Shown piece after piece: positions 36,461 to 47,054 of a stretch of DNA of 64,000 nt. The stretch is from an uncultured Bacteroidota bacterium (GTDB lineage: Bacteria; Bacteroidota; Bacteroidia; Bacteroidales; UBA12481): contig CAIXKO010000904.1 in NCBI GenBank assembly GCA_903919925.1, forward strand, positions 1,625 to 65,624, given 5' to 3'. The position numbers were made by a program, and so were the translations under genes. The notes under the pieces are model-generated. The model saw only the letters and a list, made by a program, of their open reading frames with translations. It searched no databases and was not told the DNA's origin. Every line of letters starts with the position of its first letter. Position 1 is the stretch's first letter.

Positions 36461-39235
36461 ATGAAAATTAAAAAATTGATTCTGGCTTCAGGAATAGTTG
36501 CTTTGAGCGCTGCCAGCATCTTATTAATGACCCGTCATTCCAGTTCTGACTCGCGTAAGGATTACGAAAAATTCCTGGTTTCTGAATATCAGGGATTGCC
36601 TGGCGGAGAGGCATCAGACAGCAAAGAATCCGGCAAAAAAGAAACCGACCGGCCAGACCGGGCTGCTTTTTCAGAATACATAAAAACCCTGGATCCAGCT
36701 ATCAAAGCGGTACCTGGTGAGCGCATACTTGCCGCCAACCGGGCAACGGACGCTTTAGCCGGCCTCAAATCCATGATGTCGCCACTCACCTGGACAGCCC
36801 ATCCCACCAACATGGGAGGACGCACCCGCACTTTGATGTTTGACCCTAATGATGCCAACGGTACCAAACTTTGGGCAGGGTCAGTAACCGGTGGACTATG
36901 GTACAACAACGATCCTTCTGCGGGCGAGGACTGGGCCCCAGTCGATGATTTTTGGTCAAACCTCTCGATCAGCTGCATGACCTATGATCCCAACAATAAG
37001 AAAACTTTCTATATCGGAACCGGTGAAAGCCAGACTGCCCTGATCATTTATCGTGAATCCTCGGGCCGCGGTACCGGCATTATGCGGTCAACCGATGGAG
37101 GGCAAACCTGGACACCGATGCCTTCAACCCAGAACTGGCCCTATATAACTGATATTCTGGTTAGAAACGAAGCCGGTAACAGTGTTATCTATGCTGGCGT
37201 GGTTTCTGGTGTTTACAAAGGTACCGCCCACCAGGCAGCCCCAACAAACGGACTTTACCGGTCAACTGACGGTGGTAATTCCTGGACACAAGTGCTTCCG
37301 AATATTCCGGGCAAGAATTATTCGTATGCCCCATCCGATATTGAAACTAACGCTGACGGATCAAAAATATTTATCGGAACCACCTATGGGGTGAATACGG
37401 ATGTCACTGATAACGACCGATCAGGTGCAGCCTGCATACTAACCTCTTCTGACGGGTTATCCTGGTCCGTAAATAATACTTATCAGCAAAGGATATTGGC
37501 CGAATCTACCAACAAATTTCCGGGAAGAGTGATGCTTTGTAAAGCTCCATCGAACCCTGATATTGTTTTTGCCATTGTTGCTTCAGGATATGTGAGGTCC
37601 GACACATTTATCGGTTACGGCTGCCAGTTCCTCCTGAAAACCACTGACAAAGGAGCTTCCTGGACCGAACTGAATTTCCCCGGTGGATTTGCATCCCTGG
37701 CCTGGCATGCTTTTGTGATCAACGTGAGTCCATTGAATCCCAACATTATATGGGTTGGCGGTTTGGATACCTGGAGAACAACCAATGGAGGTACGATCTG
37801 GACAAAACTATCCGATTGGTCGGAAATGTATGGCAATGGTGCAGATGATTACGTGCATGCCGATATTCATGTTTTCACCTTCCGGCCAGGGTCTGATACG
37901 GAGCTTTATATTGGCACCGATGGTGGAGTTTTTAGTACCCGGACAGCCAGCGCACCTGATGCAGGCATGAAATTCTTTGAGGTGGCTAACAATTACAGCA
38001 CGCTGCAGTATTATTCCTGCGCCATGCATCCCGATGCCGGAGCCATTCATTTTATGGGTGGACTGCAGGATAACGGGTCGATGTTTTACAGAAAAGGAAA
38101 TACCCCAACTTTCCGTGATATGGTTTCAGGCGGCGATGGCGCCCTTTGTTTTATCGACCAAAATGAGCCATCTATTCAGATATCAACTCATTACTATAAT
38201 AACATCTATCTCTATTCAGGCAATAAAGAAAGCGATCCGCAAAGCTCGGGAACAAAATATATTGGCACCGGCACTTTTGTGAGTCCAATGGATTATGACT
38301 GGAAAAACAATATTTTGTTTGCCAATGGCGGAAATGAACAGCTCCAATTTCTGAACACCTTTCATGTTTTAAACGTTTCTGCAGGCGGAATCACCGGCTC
38401 AAATACCGGCAAAACACTTGCAACCCACTCCCAGGTACCTTATTCTAATCTCAAATGGTCAGAATGGTCTCCTGCCAACCAATCCAATGTATTTATCGGA
38501 ACCCAGGCGGGTAAAATTTTCAGATATGCCGATGCATCACATACCGGCACACTTACGGAGATTACCCCGGCTGATTTCCCTACGGCTAATATCTCCAGCA
38601 TTGACATTGCCGGATCGGAAGACACCTTACTGGTTACCTTTTCCAATTACGGTGTACCTTCCGTATGGCTCTCCACAAATAAAGGCGCCAATTGGAAAAA
38701 TGTGGAAAGCAACCTTCCCGATATGCCCATCAGGTGGGGTATTTTCCATCCGAAATCAGGCAAACAAGTTATGCTTGCAACCGAAACCGGCATTTGGACC
38801 ACCGATAATATCCTGGCACAGAATGTTATCTGGAGTCCAGACAATAAAGGCTTGGCAAATGTTCGGATTGATATGCTGAAATTCCGCAAATCCGATAATA
38901 CGGTTCTGGCTGCAACCCACGGAAGAGGTTTGTTTACCACCATCTGGCAACCGGTTTATACCAACAGCACAAATGATGTACCGGTTATTTCACAGGAAGT
39001 TCAGGTTTTTCCGAATCCATCGGATGGCCGTTTTGAAGTCAAATTGAACAACCCGGAGAACTCCAGCCTGACCCTGATGGATATGAGCGGAAGAGTTATT
39101 TTATCGAAGACTATCAATAAACAATCGGGCACCAGGACTGATGCTTTTGATCTTTCAAAAGAACCGAAAGGGATCTACCTGATCAACATTCGTTCTGAAG
39201 GATCAAATGTCACTCAACGCATTGTGGTGAAATAA
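36461..39235 (+). CDS. Secreted BNR/Asp-box beta-propeller repeat protein with T9SS C-terminal sorting domain
   Basis: Start MKIKKLIL at 36461 (the track TTG start at 36425 overlaps glyA). Multiple SxDxGxxW boxes (RSTDGGQTW, RSTDGGNSW, KTTDKGASW, LSTNKGANW). C-terminus VFPNPSDGRFEV...GIYLINI...QRIVVK. Confidence 0.85.
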   Translation: MKIKKLILASGIVALSAASILLMTRHSSSDSRKDYEKFLVSEYQGLPGGEASDSKESGKKETDRPDRAAFSEYIKTLDPAIKAVPGERILAANRATDALAGLKSMMSPLTWTAHPTNMGGRTRTLMFDPNDANGTKLWAGSVTGGLWYNNDPSAGEDWAPVDDFWSNLSISCMTYDPNNKKTFYIGTGESQTALIIYRESSGRGTGIMRSTDGGQTWTPMPSTQNWPYITDILVRNEAGNSVIYAGVVSGVYKGTAHQAAPTNGLYRSTDGGNSWTQVLPNIPGKNYSYAPSDIETNADGSKIFIGTTYGVNTDVTDNDRSGAACILTSSDGLSWSVNNTYQQRILAESTNKFPGRVMLCKAPSNPDIVFAIVASGYVRSDTFIGYGCQFLLKTTDKGASWTELNFPGGFASLAWHAFVINVSPLNPNIIWVGGLDTWRTTNGGTIWTKLSDWSEMYGNGADDYVHADIHVFTFRPGSDTELYIGTDGGVFSTRTASAPDAGMKFFEVANNYSTLQYYSCAMHPDAGAIHFMGGLQDNGSMFYRKGNTPTFRDMVSGGDGALCFIDQNEPSIQISTHYYNNIYLYSGNKESDPQSSGTKYIGTGTFVSPMDYDWKNNILFANGGNEQLQFLNTFHVLNVSAGGITGSNTGKTLATHSQVPYSNLKWSEWSPANQSNVFIGTQAGKIFRYADASHTGTLTEITPADFPTANISSIDIAGSEDTLLVTFSNYGVPSVWLSTNKGANWKNVESNLPDMPIRWGIFHPKSGKQVMLATETGIWTTDNILAQNVIWSPDNKGLANVRIDMLKFRKSDNTVLAATHGRGLFTTIWQPVYTNSTNDVPVISQEVQVFPNPSDGRFEVKLNNPENSSLTLMDMSGRVILSKTINKQSGTRTDAFDLSKEPKGIYLINIRSEGSNVTQRIVVK

Positions 39236-39254
39236 GCCATAATTTAATTAGGTA

Positions 39255-39276
39255 GGGGTTGAAGATTTTCAACCCC
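39255..39276. terminator. Palindromic hairpin, copy 1 (bidirectional terminator-like element between convergent genes)
   Basis: GGGGTTGAA-GATT-TTCAACCCC, a 9-bp stem with a 4-nt loop. Confidence 0.6.
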
Positions 39277-39299
39277 ACTAGTTACAGCCAAATGCAAAA

Positions 39300-39320
39300 G
39301 GGTTGAAGATTTTCAACCCC
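39300..39320. terminator. Palindromic hairpin, copy 2 (near-identical repeat of copy 1)
   Basis: GGGTTGAA-GATT-TTCAACCC(C), ending 5 nt before the tonB-like stop codon. Confidence 0.6.
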
Positions 39321-39325
39321 TACAA

Positions 39326-40282
39326 TTATTGAAATTTGAAATTGTAGGTTATCGTGCCTTCCTGGTAGGCAGGTGCGGTGGCATCTGTAGTTGCAATTTT
39401 ATTAAACCGGGTTGCCATTGCAGCTTTTCGGGCAGCTTCCCAAAGAGTGGAATTGGTCGTTTTTGTTCCAATTGCGCCGGGTGTAGCCATAATGACATCA
39501 CCGTTTTTATTCACCCTGATGGTAACCACCACAATACCGTAATCATTAACTGAATATTCTGGTTTGGCATAATTACCATAAACACTACGACCATCCAGGT
39601 TCAGGGAGATTCCGGCACCCTGTCCTCCGCCGGGATTGTGGTTTTTTGAATCCACTGACCCTGTGGGATCACCTTGATTTCCAGTGGTCTGTGTATTTCC
39701 TTCACCTTGAGTTCCGGTATTGGAGGAATTCCCTCCAAACGATTTTCCGGCAAGCTTCTTCTTGGCATCTATCTGAGCTTGTTGCTGCTCCGCCTTTTTC
39801 CGTTCGGCCTCAATCCTTTGATTCTCCAAGTCTGCCAATCGTTTTTGCTCGGCTTCTACCTTTTGACGTTCAATCTCGGCCTGTCGTTGAAGTTCCCTTT
39901 CCTCTCTCTCGAGCCTCTTTTTTTCATCCAGCTTTTTCTTCTCTGCCAGGTCCTTTTCATTGTCCTGCTTCTTAACCGTTGGAGCAGCTTCATTTTCCTG
40001 GGTCAACAGATCGGGGGCGGATTCCTTCACTTTTTCCTTAACTGGCTTGGTTTTTATCGGAGGAGCCACTACACGGGCCGGGGGCTCAGGCTGATTGAAA
40101 TCCTGTTGCTGGGGTTCCATGTCGCCCATACCCGCCATATCGGTACCAAAATTAATGGTAATTCCTTCTGCATCTGGCAATTTTGGACTGCCATATAACC
40201 TTAGCACAAGGAGTAAGGCAATAATAGTTGCATGAAAAAATGCAGTTGCAATCAATCCACGGTATTTGGATACTTCATCCAT
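39326..40282 (-). CDS. TonB/TolA-like energy transducer
   Basis: 318 aa. N-terminal TM helix, Pro-rich segment, long K/E/Q-rich coiled-coil-like spacer, and a TonB-C-like end (VVVTIRVNKNGDV...). Sits directly downstream of exbB-exbD. Confidence 0.8.
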   Translation of the reverse strand: MDEVSKYRGLIATAFFHATIIALLLVLRLYGSPKLPDAEGITINFGTDMAGMGDMEPQQQDFNQPEPPARVVAPPIKTKPVKEKVKESAPDLLTQENEAAPTVKKQDNEKDLAEKKKLDEKKRLEREERELQRQAEIERQKVEAEQKRLADLENQRIEAERKKAEQQQAQIDAKKKLAGKSFGGNSSNTGTQGEGNTQTTGNQGDPTGSVDSKNHNPGGGQGAGISLNLDGRSVYGNYAKPEYSVNDYGIVVVTIRVNKNGDVIMATPGAIGTKTTNSTLWEAARKAAMATRFNKIATTDATAPAYQEGTITYNFKFQ

Positions 40283-40286
40283 TCGG

Positions 40287-40685
40287 TTACTTGGCTACGG
40301 TGGCTAAAATTAATTTGTACTTATTATTCTTTGCAATGTTCATTACTTTCACTGCTTCCTCAATCGGAACAGTCCGATCGGTATGCAGGCTGATCACTCT
40401 TTCCTCCTCGGGTACCCCATCGAATTTTACCCGCAGGGCCGCTTCAAGCTGGTCAAATTGAATGGGTGATTTTTCCAGCACAAACTGAAGATCCTTGGTG
40501 ATGGAAACCGTCGTTATCGGTTTCTCGGATACCTGACCATCACTGCGGGGAAGCAAAAGTTTCAATGCGTTCGGACTGATCATAGTGGTGCTGATCATGA
40601 AGAAAAGCAGCAGCAGGAATACGATATCAGTCATGGAGGCCATGCTGAATTCAGGGGATATCTTATTTCTAGTTTTTATTGCCAT
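40287..40685 (-). CDS. exbD: Biopolymer transporter ExbD/TolR
   Basis: 132 aa. MTDIVFLLLLFFM TM helix and typical ExbD length and layout. Confidence 0.9.
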   Translation of the reverse strand: MAIKTRNKISPEFSMASMTDIVFLLLLFFMISTTMISPNALKLLLPRSDGQVSEKPITTVSITKDLQFVLEKSPIQFDQLEAALRVKFDGVPEEERVISLHTDRTVPIEEAVKVMNIAKNNKYKLILATVAK

Positions 40686-40706
40686 TAGTTCTGATTTTTG
40701 AATTGC

Positions 40707-41396
40707 CTACTTAGCCGGTTCATTCAGCAGATCCATGAATTCTGATGACCGCGTTTCGAGAACAAAAACCACCGTTTCGATTTTTGAAACCAGGATATTA
40801 TAGAAAAAGAAAGCGGGAATACCAACCAGCAATCCGGCGGCTGTGGTTACCATAGCGGTATAAATCCCATTTGAGAGAATCCCGATATCGATAGTACTAC
40901 CGGCCATCGACATATCATAAAAAGCACGGATCATACCTAATACAGTACCCAGGAAACCTAACATCGGGGCAGCACCTGCAGCAGCTCCCAGGGAGGCCAA
41001 TCCCCTTTCCAGCTTATATATTTCTAGCCTTCCAACATTTTCGATCGCGGCATTTACATCGGCCATTGGCCTGCCAATACGCGAAATCCCAACCTCGATC
41101 ATACGCGAAACAGGTGTATTGGTGGACTGAGCCAAACGGATGGCTGCTTCAATCTTACCATCATGAATAAATTCCCTAACCCGATTCATAAAGCTCTGAT
41201 CCTCAATACTCGCCTTCCGTATAGCGAAATACCTTTCTACAAAAACATATACAGCCAAAACGGATAAAATGAAGATTGGAATCATGATCCAACCCCCTTT
41301 TAAGGTAAGATCCCATACTGACAAACTTGGATTAACCGTTTTAACGGCAGTACCGGCGGCTTGAAAACCTGTTTGAAAAATTAGCGTCAAACTCAT
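40707..41396 (-). CDS. exbB: MotA/TolQ/ExbB proton-channel protein
   Basis: 229 aa. Three TM helices; the GAAPMLGFLGTVLGMI motif region is typical of ExbB/TolQ. Confidence 0.9.
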   Translation of the reverse strand: MSLTLIFQTGFQAAGTAVKTVNPSLSVWDLTLKGGWIMIPIFILSVLAVYVFVERYFAIRKASIEDQSFMNRVREFIHDGKIEAAIRLAQSTNTPVSRMIEVGISRIGRPMADVNAAIENVGRLEIYKLERGLASLGAAAGAAPMLGFLGTVLGMIRAFYDMSMAGSTIDIGILSNGIYTAMVTTAAGLLVGIPAFFFYNILVSKIETVVFVLETRSSEFMDLLNEPAK

Positions 41397-41490
41397 GTTT
41401 TTTTGAAATTAATTAACCCAATAAAGGTATAGTGAAAACGAACTAACTGACCTGTTTAGTATAACCGGTTTTCAGACGAGTTGTTAACGC

Positions 41491-44400
41491 CTATTTCCGG
41501 AAAATTTTATCCCTGTATTTCCGGGCCAGATCACCAAAAGTATCGAACTCTTCCCGATAAAAAAGTCCAACTCCTTGTGTATAAGGAGCATATTCATATA
41601 ACAAATGATCGTTGGCTCGAGTGAAAGCTTTGACCCTAACTTTTCCGGACGGTTTAATTTTATATTCAACTTCAACATCTCCAACCAGTTGACTCGTATT
41701 TGCGGTGGTTGGCCGAACATCCACGTTTCCGTTCACATTAATTGTCATTCTGTTTTTAAGCAACTGTTTAGAGAGCGCAACCTCCACTTCATCACTGGTA
41801 AGCTGATCGCCCGGCCGGTAATTAAACCCGACATCAAAATCCTTGCTGATCTGAGAAAGCCAGTAATTCAGCTGATTGGATAAAACCTCCGTGGTTGTTG
41901 AGATACCGGCATTCTCATATCCCCTGGCAGTACCGCTGCCAGTACCCTGCAAAGGGGTAAAACGATTGAGGATCAGCAGTGATATTACCTGCTTGTTGAG
42001 TTCCTCTTTGGTGAGATTTTGAAGTTGCGTGCGGGCAAGATCGTTGCTGGTTGGGGGAAGTACGATGTTAAAATCAAAATTAGGGGTCTCCAGATAACCT
42101 GTCATCACCAGATGGCACTCCACCGGTATACGCTGGGTGAGATCAGGATTGGATTCATCCTGCAACAAATCATACAACGAGGCTTTGGTACGATATACCG
42201 CATCGATATCCAACTGGGCATTAGCCACATCACCGGTCCATTTCAGTGTGGCTCCCGGCTCAATCTGCAATCTCTTAACCGGCATATTCTGAAGGGTAAA
42301 CTGATAATCGCCTTGCTCAATAGTGTAATCACCCGTGATGGTCCAAGCTGAAGTTGGAGGTATAAAAACCCTCAGGTTACCACTACCACTGGCATGAATA
42401 ACATCTCCAACTTTGGAGTCGAAAATTAATTGCACCTCCGCTTCCGGAGTAATCTCCAGATCAATGTTTACGGTTATTCCGTAAATATTTACCTCATAGC
42501 CCTTCCGGTTTTCATCCGAAAAATCGAGCAGGTCAACTTCAACATCATCCTTTGGTCTTTCCACATAAGTAATGAAGTCCATTTTGGCAGCCTCATCGGT
42601 GGTATAAACCGGTATAAAGAATTTGGTATTTGCACTGGTTTTGGCTGAAACATCAATTGTCATGCTTTCCAGTGGCCCTTTGATGGTACCTACCCCCGTG
42701 GCATAAGCGCGCCCCCAGTACCCTTCATTCCGGGATTCCACTTCATTGAGCAAAACAAAATTTGTAAAATCCACTTCAAAATCAAGGCTGAGGTTTTCAA
42801 ATTTTTGATGCCTGATTGCGCCGGTAACATGCCCAATATGACCCTCATCGTCCAACATTTTCATATCGGTGACGGTAAACGCATCCGGAGTTATCACTAC
42901 ATTATGAGTAAAAGAAAAGCGAGTATTCAGGTAATCGATTATAAATGAAGCCTTTTGCATCAAAATATTTCCATTTAGCAAAGGGTCCTTTCTGGTGCCC
43001 CTGATGCTGACGTTACCTGTTGCCAATCCTTTCACATCCTGAAGGTCATCATTAACAAACGGGTTGGCGATATCCATCCTGAGCTTGTCTACGGTCAAAT
43101 CAAAATTGAGGCTGTCGGTTACCGGATTATACTGGCCGGTCAGCTGAAGGGTCTTTATTGATCCGCGCTTAATTTGCACTTCCATCATCAGGGGTTCGCC
43201 GGTTCCGGCACTCCGGCTGGATAAGGTTGTCAGGCCCATGGGCTGCCCATTGATCGACAGGCTGTCGATTCTGATCTCGGTCAGAAACATTGCCTTATTC
43301 CTCATATCGAAAAACCGTGCATCACCAGTCATTAATCCTCTCAGCCTGAAATCTTTAGAACCGATTAAACGACTAAGATTATCGAGGTTGACATTATTAA
43401 AACCAACAAACAAAGTATCGGCAGGATTAAGAGAAATTGAACCGTTAAGCCCTAGATTTTCAATATTATGACTAATCAAAAAATGATCAACTTCAATACT
43501 GTTCTTGTCGGCAATGATCTGAAAAGGGTTAATTCTCCACACGCTATCATTAAAAACGATGTCGGCGGTTGGAAATTTGAAATTACCGCGTAGCCCGCCA
43601 CTACTGGTTTGGGACATTAATCCATTGCAAACAATTTTCCCGTTTGTTCTGGTGATTTCATTGCTGCTCCATTTCAAGATGGTGGTCATTTGGTTCTGCG
43701 TCAAAGAAGCACCCAGGTTTACTTTTTCAAAGACCGTGTTTTTATCGAGTTGAATCTTGTCCAACCCTCCGGAGAGAATAAGGGAATCGCCTTTGGATTG
43801 AATCAGGACATCAAGTCCGGTAAATTGCCCACCACCTAAAGCAAACTGTGGTGAAATCCCTTCTATCGAGATCGTTTGATCGACGGCATGATAAGAACCA
43901 CTAATCCGCGAATTATCCTTGCATTGAAAACCTGGCAACAGCACCCTGGTAACCGGATTTGAATTTTTTATCTGGACATTGAAAGCGAAATCGTTTAAAT
44001 GGTCGGACCTGATTGGCTTTGTTTTAGTCAGGACCGGAATAAAGCGTGCGATCAGAGATTGCACCTGGGCAGTAAAGTCATCAAAATGAACATTTCCAAT
44101 CACCCTGGCGTCAATATAGTCGGAAGAAAGCATCATTTTTCTCCGTCCGGATTCCTCAACGGATGAAATAACCAGATTATTGACCGGTAAAGAACCTCTG
44201 CTGTTGGTATATACGGAGTTGGTAACCGTGAGTTCTCCATTCAAATCATCAATGGCATCGCCGGCAAAATTTCCGTGGATATCCACTTTTAAATTAGCGA
44301 TAGAATCTGTTTTAACCAGATTCAAAGCATGAAGATCAGCTTTTTCCAAGAGTAGCTTAAAGTCAAGAACCGGCTTCTTCGGGGCAAAATCAAAGCTTCC

Positions 44401-45921
44401 TGCAAGATTGAGATTTACATTTGGATCATTAAGACTAAGAGATCCGTCAAACCTGCTTTCGCTGGCGGCACCCTTGATACTTAAAAACCGGAAGGTATAT
44501 CCATTAAAATCAAACCTTCCGATATCGCCAACCAAAAGTGCATTTACCGCTGAATCTCCATCCCATAAACCATCGACATACAAATTGAAATCAATTGCAG
44601 TAACTCCGGAGGTATCCTTAATCCATTGATCTGGATTAAACCCGGATGCAGAAACTGATCCTTTGAAGTTGTAACCTTTATTGGTCAGATTACGGTTAAC
44701 GCGAAGGTTTGTGGCGATTTCGTTTTGTGCAACTTTCCAATCTCCGGTGGTAATGAAATCCTCAAAGGTTCCCGTAAAAACTCCTCTATAATCAACCGTG
44801 CCTAAATCCCTTATTGCATCCGGAACAACTAATTTAAATCCTGGGATCTGCCCTGACAAAACCTCTTTTACCAGGTTGGGCAGATGAAGGACCAGCGACC
44901 TTGTTTTCAAGTCGAAAAATGCGTCTTTCAGTTGACCCGGATATTGGTAAACCAGATCGCCGCTATAGGATATCAGGTCCTGCCAACTGATGCTGGCATT
45001 GAGTAATCTTGCATTATCGGGAGAGCCGGTGAAATGGCCCGAAATCTCCAAAGGGGTGGTCAACCCGGTGTTTATACCTGCCAGAATGGAAAGATCGATC
45101 GGACTCAGATAAGTATTTTCACCCAAAACAATATCGAACATCGGCTTATGTGAACTTGCAGATTGATTCATGATATTAATTGCCACCGCATTTTCCGACT
45201 CAATTCTGCTATTCCCGGAGAGCAGCATCAGGTGATCGGTTTTTATACCAGTTGAGTCAATCACCACACCTGCGGTAAACCGGTTCAACACAAAGCCGCT
45301 CTGCTCATTGAATGAAAGCAAGTCGATGCCCACCTTTGCGGATGCCCCCTGCATTTCAAAATCTTTCAGAGCCACCTCAACATTGTTCAGCAAAATATTA
45401 TCCCAGTTCACTGATCCTGGTTTAAAGATACTTCCGAACCTCCTGTACTGAACCTTTCCTTTACTGATAACCAACTGGTTGGCTGTAATTGAAACAGGTT
45501 TTCCGGGGCCGGTACTATCCTTTGAGGCAAGAGATTCAAGCAACGCTTCGAAATTCATCTGGCCCGATGGCAGTTGCCGCAATTGGATTAGCGGGCTCTC
45601 CATTACAACCCGGCCCAGGTTAAGGCGATTCTTATCCAGGTCGAAATTATGAACCGAAACGTGGATGGAGGGAGTAAAAAACAGGGTATCATTAATGGGA
45701 TCCAGGATCATTAAATCATTGAATTCGATGCTCCCCGGCCACCGGATCAAAACCTTGCCAACAGTAAGCTTTCCTTCATATTTCTTTTCCATCTGCCCCA
45801 GAAAACGGTTGACCATCCAGGTTTGCACACCCCGCATACGCAAAGTTAAAAGCAGTGCGATCAGCAGAAGCACAAGCATCAGGAAACCAAATAATGTCCG
45901 TTTTACAGCTTTCGTAGGCAA
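41491..45921 (-). CDS. tamB: Translocation and assembly module protein TamB-like (DUF490 C-terminus)
   Basis: 1476 aa. N-terminal TM anchor, very long beta-rich body, and a C-terminal ...VRVKAFTRANDHLLYEYAPYTQGVGLFYREEF. The first in-frame start is TTG at 45921; the next ATG (45879) would cut into the anchor helix. Confidence 0.85.
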   Translation of the reverse strand: MPTKAVKRTLFGFLMLVLLLIALLLTLRMRGVQTWMVNRFLGQMEKKYEGKLTVGKVLIRWPGSIEFNDLMILDPINDTLFFTPSIHVSVHNFDLDKNRLNLGRVVMESPLIQLRQLPSGQMNFEALLESLASKDSTGPGKPVSITANQLVISKGKVQYRRFGSIFKPGSVNWDNILLNNVEVALKDFEMQGASAKVGIDLLSFNEQSGFVLNRFTAGVVIDSTGIKTDHLMLLSGNSRIESENAVAINIMNQSASSHKPMFDIVLGENTYLSPIDLSILAGINTGLTTPLEISGHFTGSPDNARLLNASISWQDLISYSGDLVYQYPGQLKDAFFDLKTRSLVLHLPNLVKEVLSGQIPGFKLVVPDAIRDLGTVDYRGVFTGTFEDFITTGDWKVAQNEIATNLRVNRNLTNKGYNFKGSVSASGFNPDQWIKDTSGVTAIDFNLYVDGLWDGDSAVNALLVGDIGRFDFNGYTFRFLSIKGAASESRFDGSLSLNDPNVNLNLAGSFDFAPKKPVLDFKLLLEKADLHALNLVKTDSIANLKVDIHGNFAGDAIDDLNGELTVTNSVYTNSRGSLPVNNLVISSVEESGRRKMMLSSDYIDARVIGNVHFDDFTAQVQSLIARFIPVLTKTKPIRSDHLNDFAFNVQIKNSNPVTRVLLPGFQCKDNSRISGSYHAVDQTISIEGISPQFALGGGQFTGLDVLIQSKGDSLILSGGLDKIQLDKNTVFEKVNLGASLTQNQMTTILKWSSNEITRTNGKIVCNGLMSQTSSGGLRGNFKFPTADIVFNDSVWRINPFQIIADKNSIEVDHFLISHNIENLGLNGSISLNPADTLFVGFNNVNLDNLSRLIGSKDFRLRGLMTGDARFFDMRNKAMFLTEIRIDSLSINGQPMGLTTLSSRSAGTGEPLMMEVQIKRGSIKTLQLTGQYNPVTDSLNFDLTVDKLRMDIANPFVNDDLQDVKGLATGNVSIRGTRKDPLLNGNILMQKASFIIDYLNTRFSFTHNVVITPDAFTVTDMKMLDDEGHIGHVTGAIRHQKFENLSLDFEVDFTNFVLLNEVESRNEGYWGRAYATGVGTIKGPLESMTIDVSAKTSANTKFFIPVYTTDEAAKMDFITYVERPKDDVEVDLLDFSDENRKGYEVNIYGITVNIDLEITPEAEVQLIFDSKVGDVIHASGSGNLRVFIPPTSAWTITGDYTIEQGDYQFTLQNMPVKRLQIEPGATLKWTGDVANAQLDIDAVYRTKASLYDLLQDESNPDLTQRIPVECHLVMTGYLETPNFDFNIVLPPTSNDLARTQLQNLTKEELNKQVISLLILNRFTPLQGTGSGTARGYENAGISTTTEVLSNQLNYWLSQISKDFDVGFNYRPGDQLTSDEVEVALSKQLLKNRMTINVNGNVDVRPTTANTSQLVGDVEVEYKIKPSGKVRVKAFTRANDHLLYEYAPYTQGVGLFYREEFDTFGDLARKYRDKIFRK

Positions 45922-45936
45922 GGAAGTAATCTTTAG

Positions 45937-45944
45937 TATTTTTG
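45937..45944 (+). promoter_or_regulatory. Candidate -7 promoter element (TAnnTTTG) for tsaD
   Basis: TATTTTTG, 54 nt upstream of the ATG at 45999. Confidence 0.35.
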
Positions 45945-45998
45945 ATCCGAAAAAATCATTCCAAATTTATAAAAAAACGGTCGGGATCGGCAGATAAT

Positions 45999-47051
45999 AT
46001 GAGCATAACCATTTTAGGCATAGAATCTTCTTGCGATGATACCTCAGCAGCAGTGGTACGGGACGGGCTACTTTTATCCAATCGCATTGCTAATCAAGAT
46101 GTTCATCGCACTTTTGGGGGTGTTGTGCCCGAGTTGGCATCGCGTGCTCATCAGCAAAATATCATCCCGGTAGTTGACCTTGCCATGAAAGAAGCAGGAG
46201 TTCTACCAACCGAAATCAATGCTGTGGCCTTCACGCAGGGTCCCGGGTTAATGGGCTCGCTCCTGGTTGGAGCCTCGTTTGCCAAAGGGTTTTCCCTTGC
46301 CCGGAAGATCCCGATTATCGCGGTTAACCATTTGCAGGGACACGTTCTGGCACTGTTTATTCAGCGCCCTTCAAGCGTTTTTCCACCCTCAGCAGCTCTC
46401 ACCCAGCCGGGATCTCAAAGCAACCAACCTGCATTCCCTTTCCTATGCCTGCTGGTATCAGGAGGCCATTCCCAGATTCTAATTGTCCGCAATTATCTGG
46501 AGATGGAAATTATCGGCCAAACAATTGATGATGCTGCAGGTGAAGCCTTTGATAAATGCGGCAAAGTGATTGGGCTGCCCTACCCCGCCGGTCCGGTTAT
46601 CGATCGCCTGGCAAAAGAGGGTGATCCACTTGCATTTACTTTTAGCCGGCCGCGGATTTCCGATCTGAATTATAGTTTCAGCGGATTAAAAACATCTTTT
46701 CTGTATTTTTTGAGGGACCAGCTCCGTGATGATCCGGACTTTATCCGGAAAAATCTAAATAGCTTATGTGCTTCCCTGCAATATACGATTGTTGAAATTT
46801 TATTGAATAAACTGCGCCAGGCATCCAAACTAACCGGTATCAAAGAGATTGGCCTGGCCGGCGGCGTTTCAGCCAATTCCGCTTTAAAAGCCGCCGTTCT
46901 TGCTGAAGCAGAAAAACGCCGCTGGAATGTTTTTATCCCCGCGCTGGCCTACACCATGGACAACGCCGCAATGATAGCCACAACAGGCTATTACAAATAT
47001 CTCAAAGGCGAATTTGCTGGCCAGGATGTTGTACCGCTCGCCAGAATGTAA
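45999..47051 (+). CDS. tsaD: tRNA N6-adenosine threonylcarbamoyltransferase
   Basis: Start MSITILGIESSCDDTSAAV at 45999. Also VSGGHSQ, GEAFDK and GLAGGVSAN. Confidence 0.95.
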   Translation: MSITILGIESSCDDTSAAVVRDGLLLSNRIANQDVHRTFGGVVPELASRAHQQNIIPVVDLAMKEAGVLPTEINAVAFTQGPGLMGSLLVGASFAKGFSLARKIPIIAVNHLQGHVLALFIQRPSSVFPPSAALTQPGSQSNQPAFPFLCLLVSGGHSQILIVRNYLEMEIIGQTIDDAAGEAFDKCGKVIGLPYPAGPVIDRLAKEGDPLAFTFSRPRISDLNYSFSGLKTSFLYFLRDQLRDDPDFIRKNLNSLCASLQYTIVEILLNKLRQASKLTGIKEIGLAGGVSANSALKAAVLAEAEKRRWNVFIPALAYTMDNAAMIATTGYYKYLKGEFAGQDVVPLARM

Positions 47052-47054
47052 CCC

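Noticed and set aside
39646-40198. 109-aa and 174-aa + strand ORFs antisense to the tonB-like gene
   Set aside because: They are artefacts of the low-complexity K/E/Q-rich coding repeat, whose complement is open in several frames. The Leu/Phe/Ser-rich translations have no features.
46350-46440. Extra Pro/Ser/Gln-rich segment in TsaD (IQRPSSVFPPSAALTQPGSQSNQPAFPF) before the VSGGHSQ motif
   Set aside because: It lies in a loop that varies in length among TsaD/Kae1 homologs. It is in frame, flanked by conserved motifs, and shows no sign of an inserted element.
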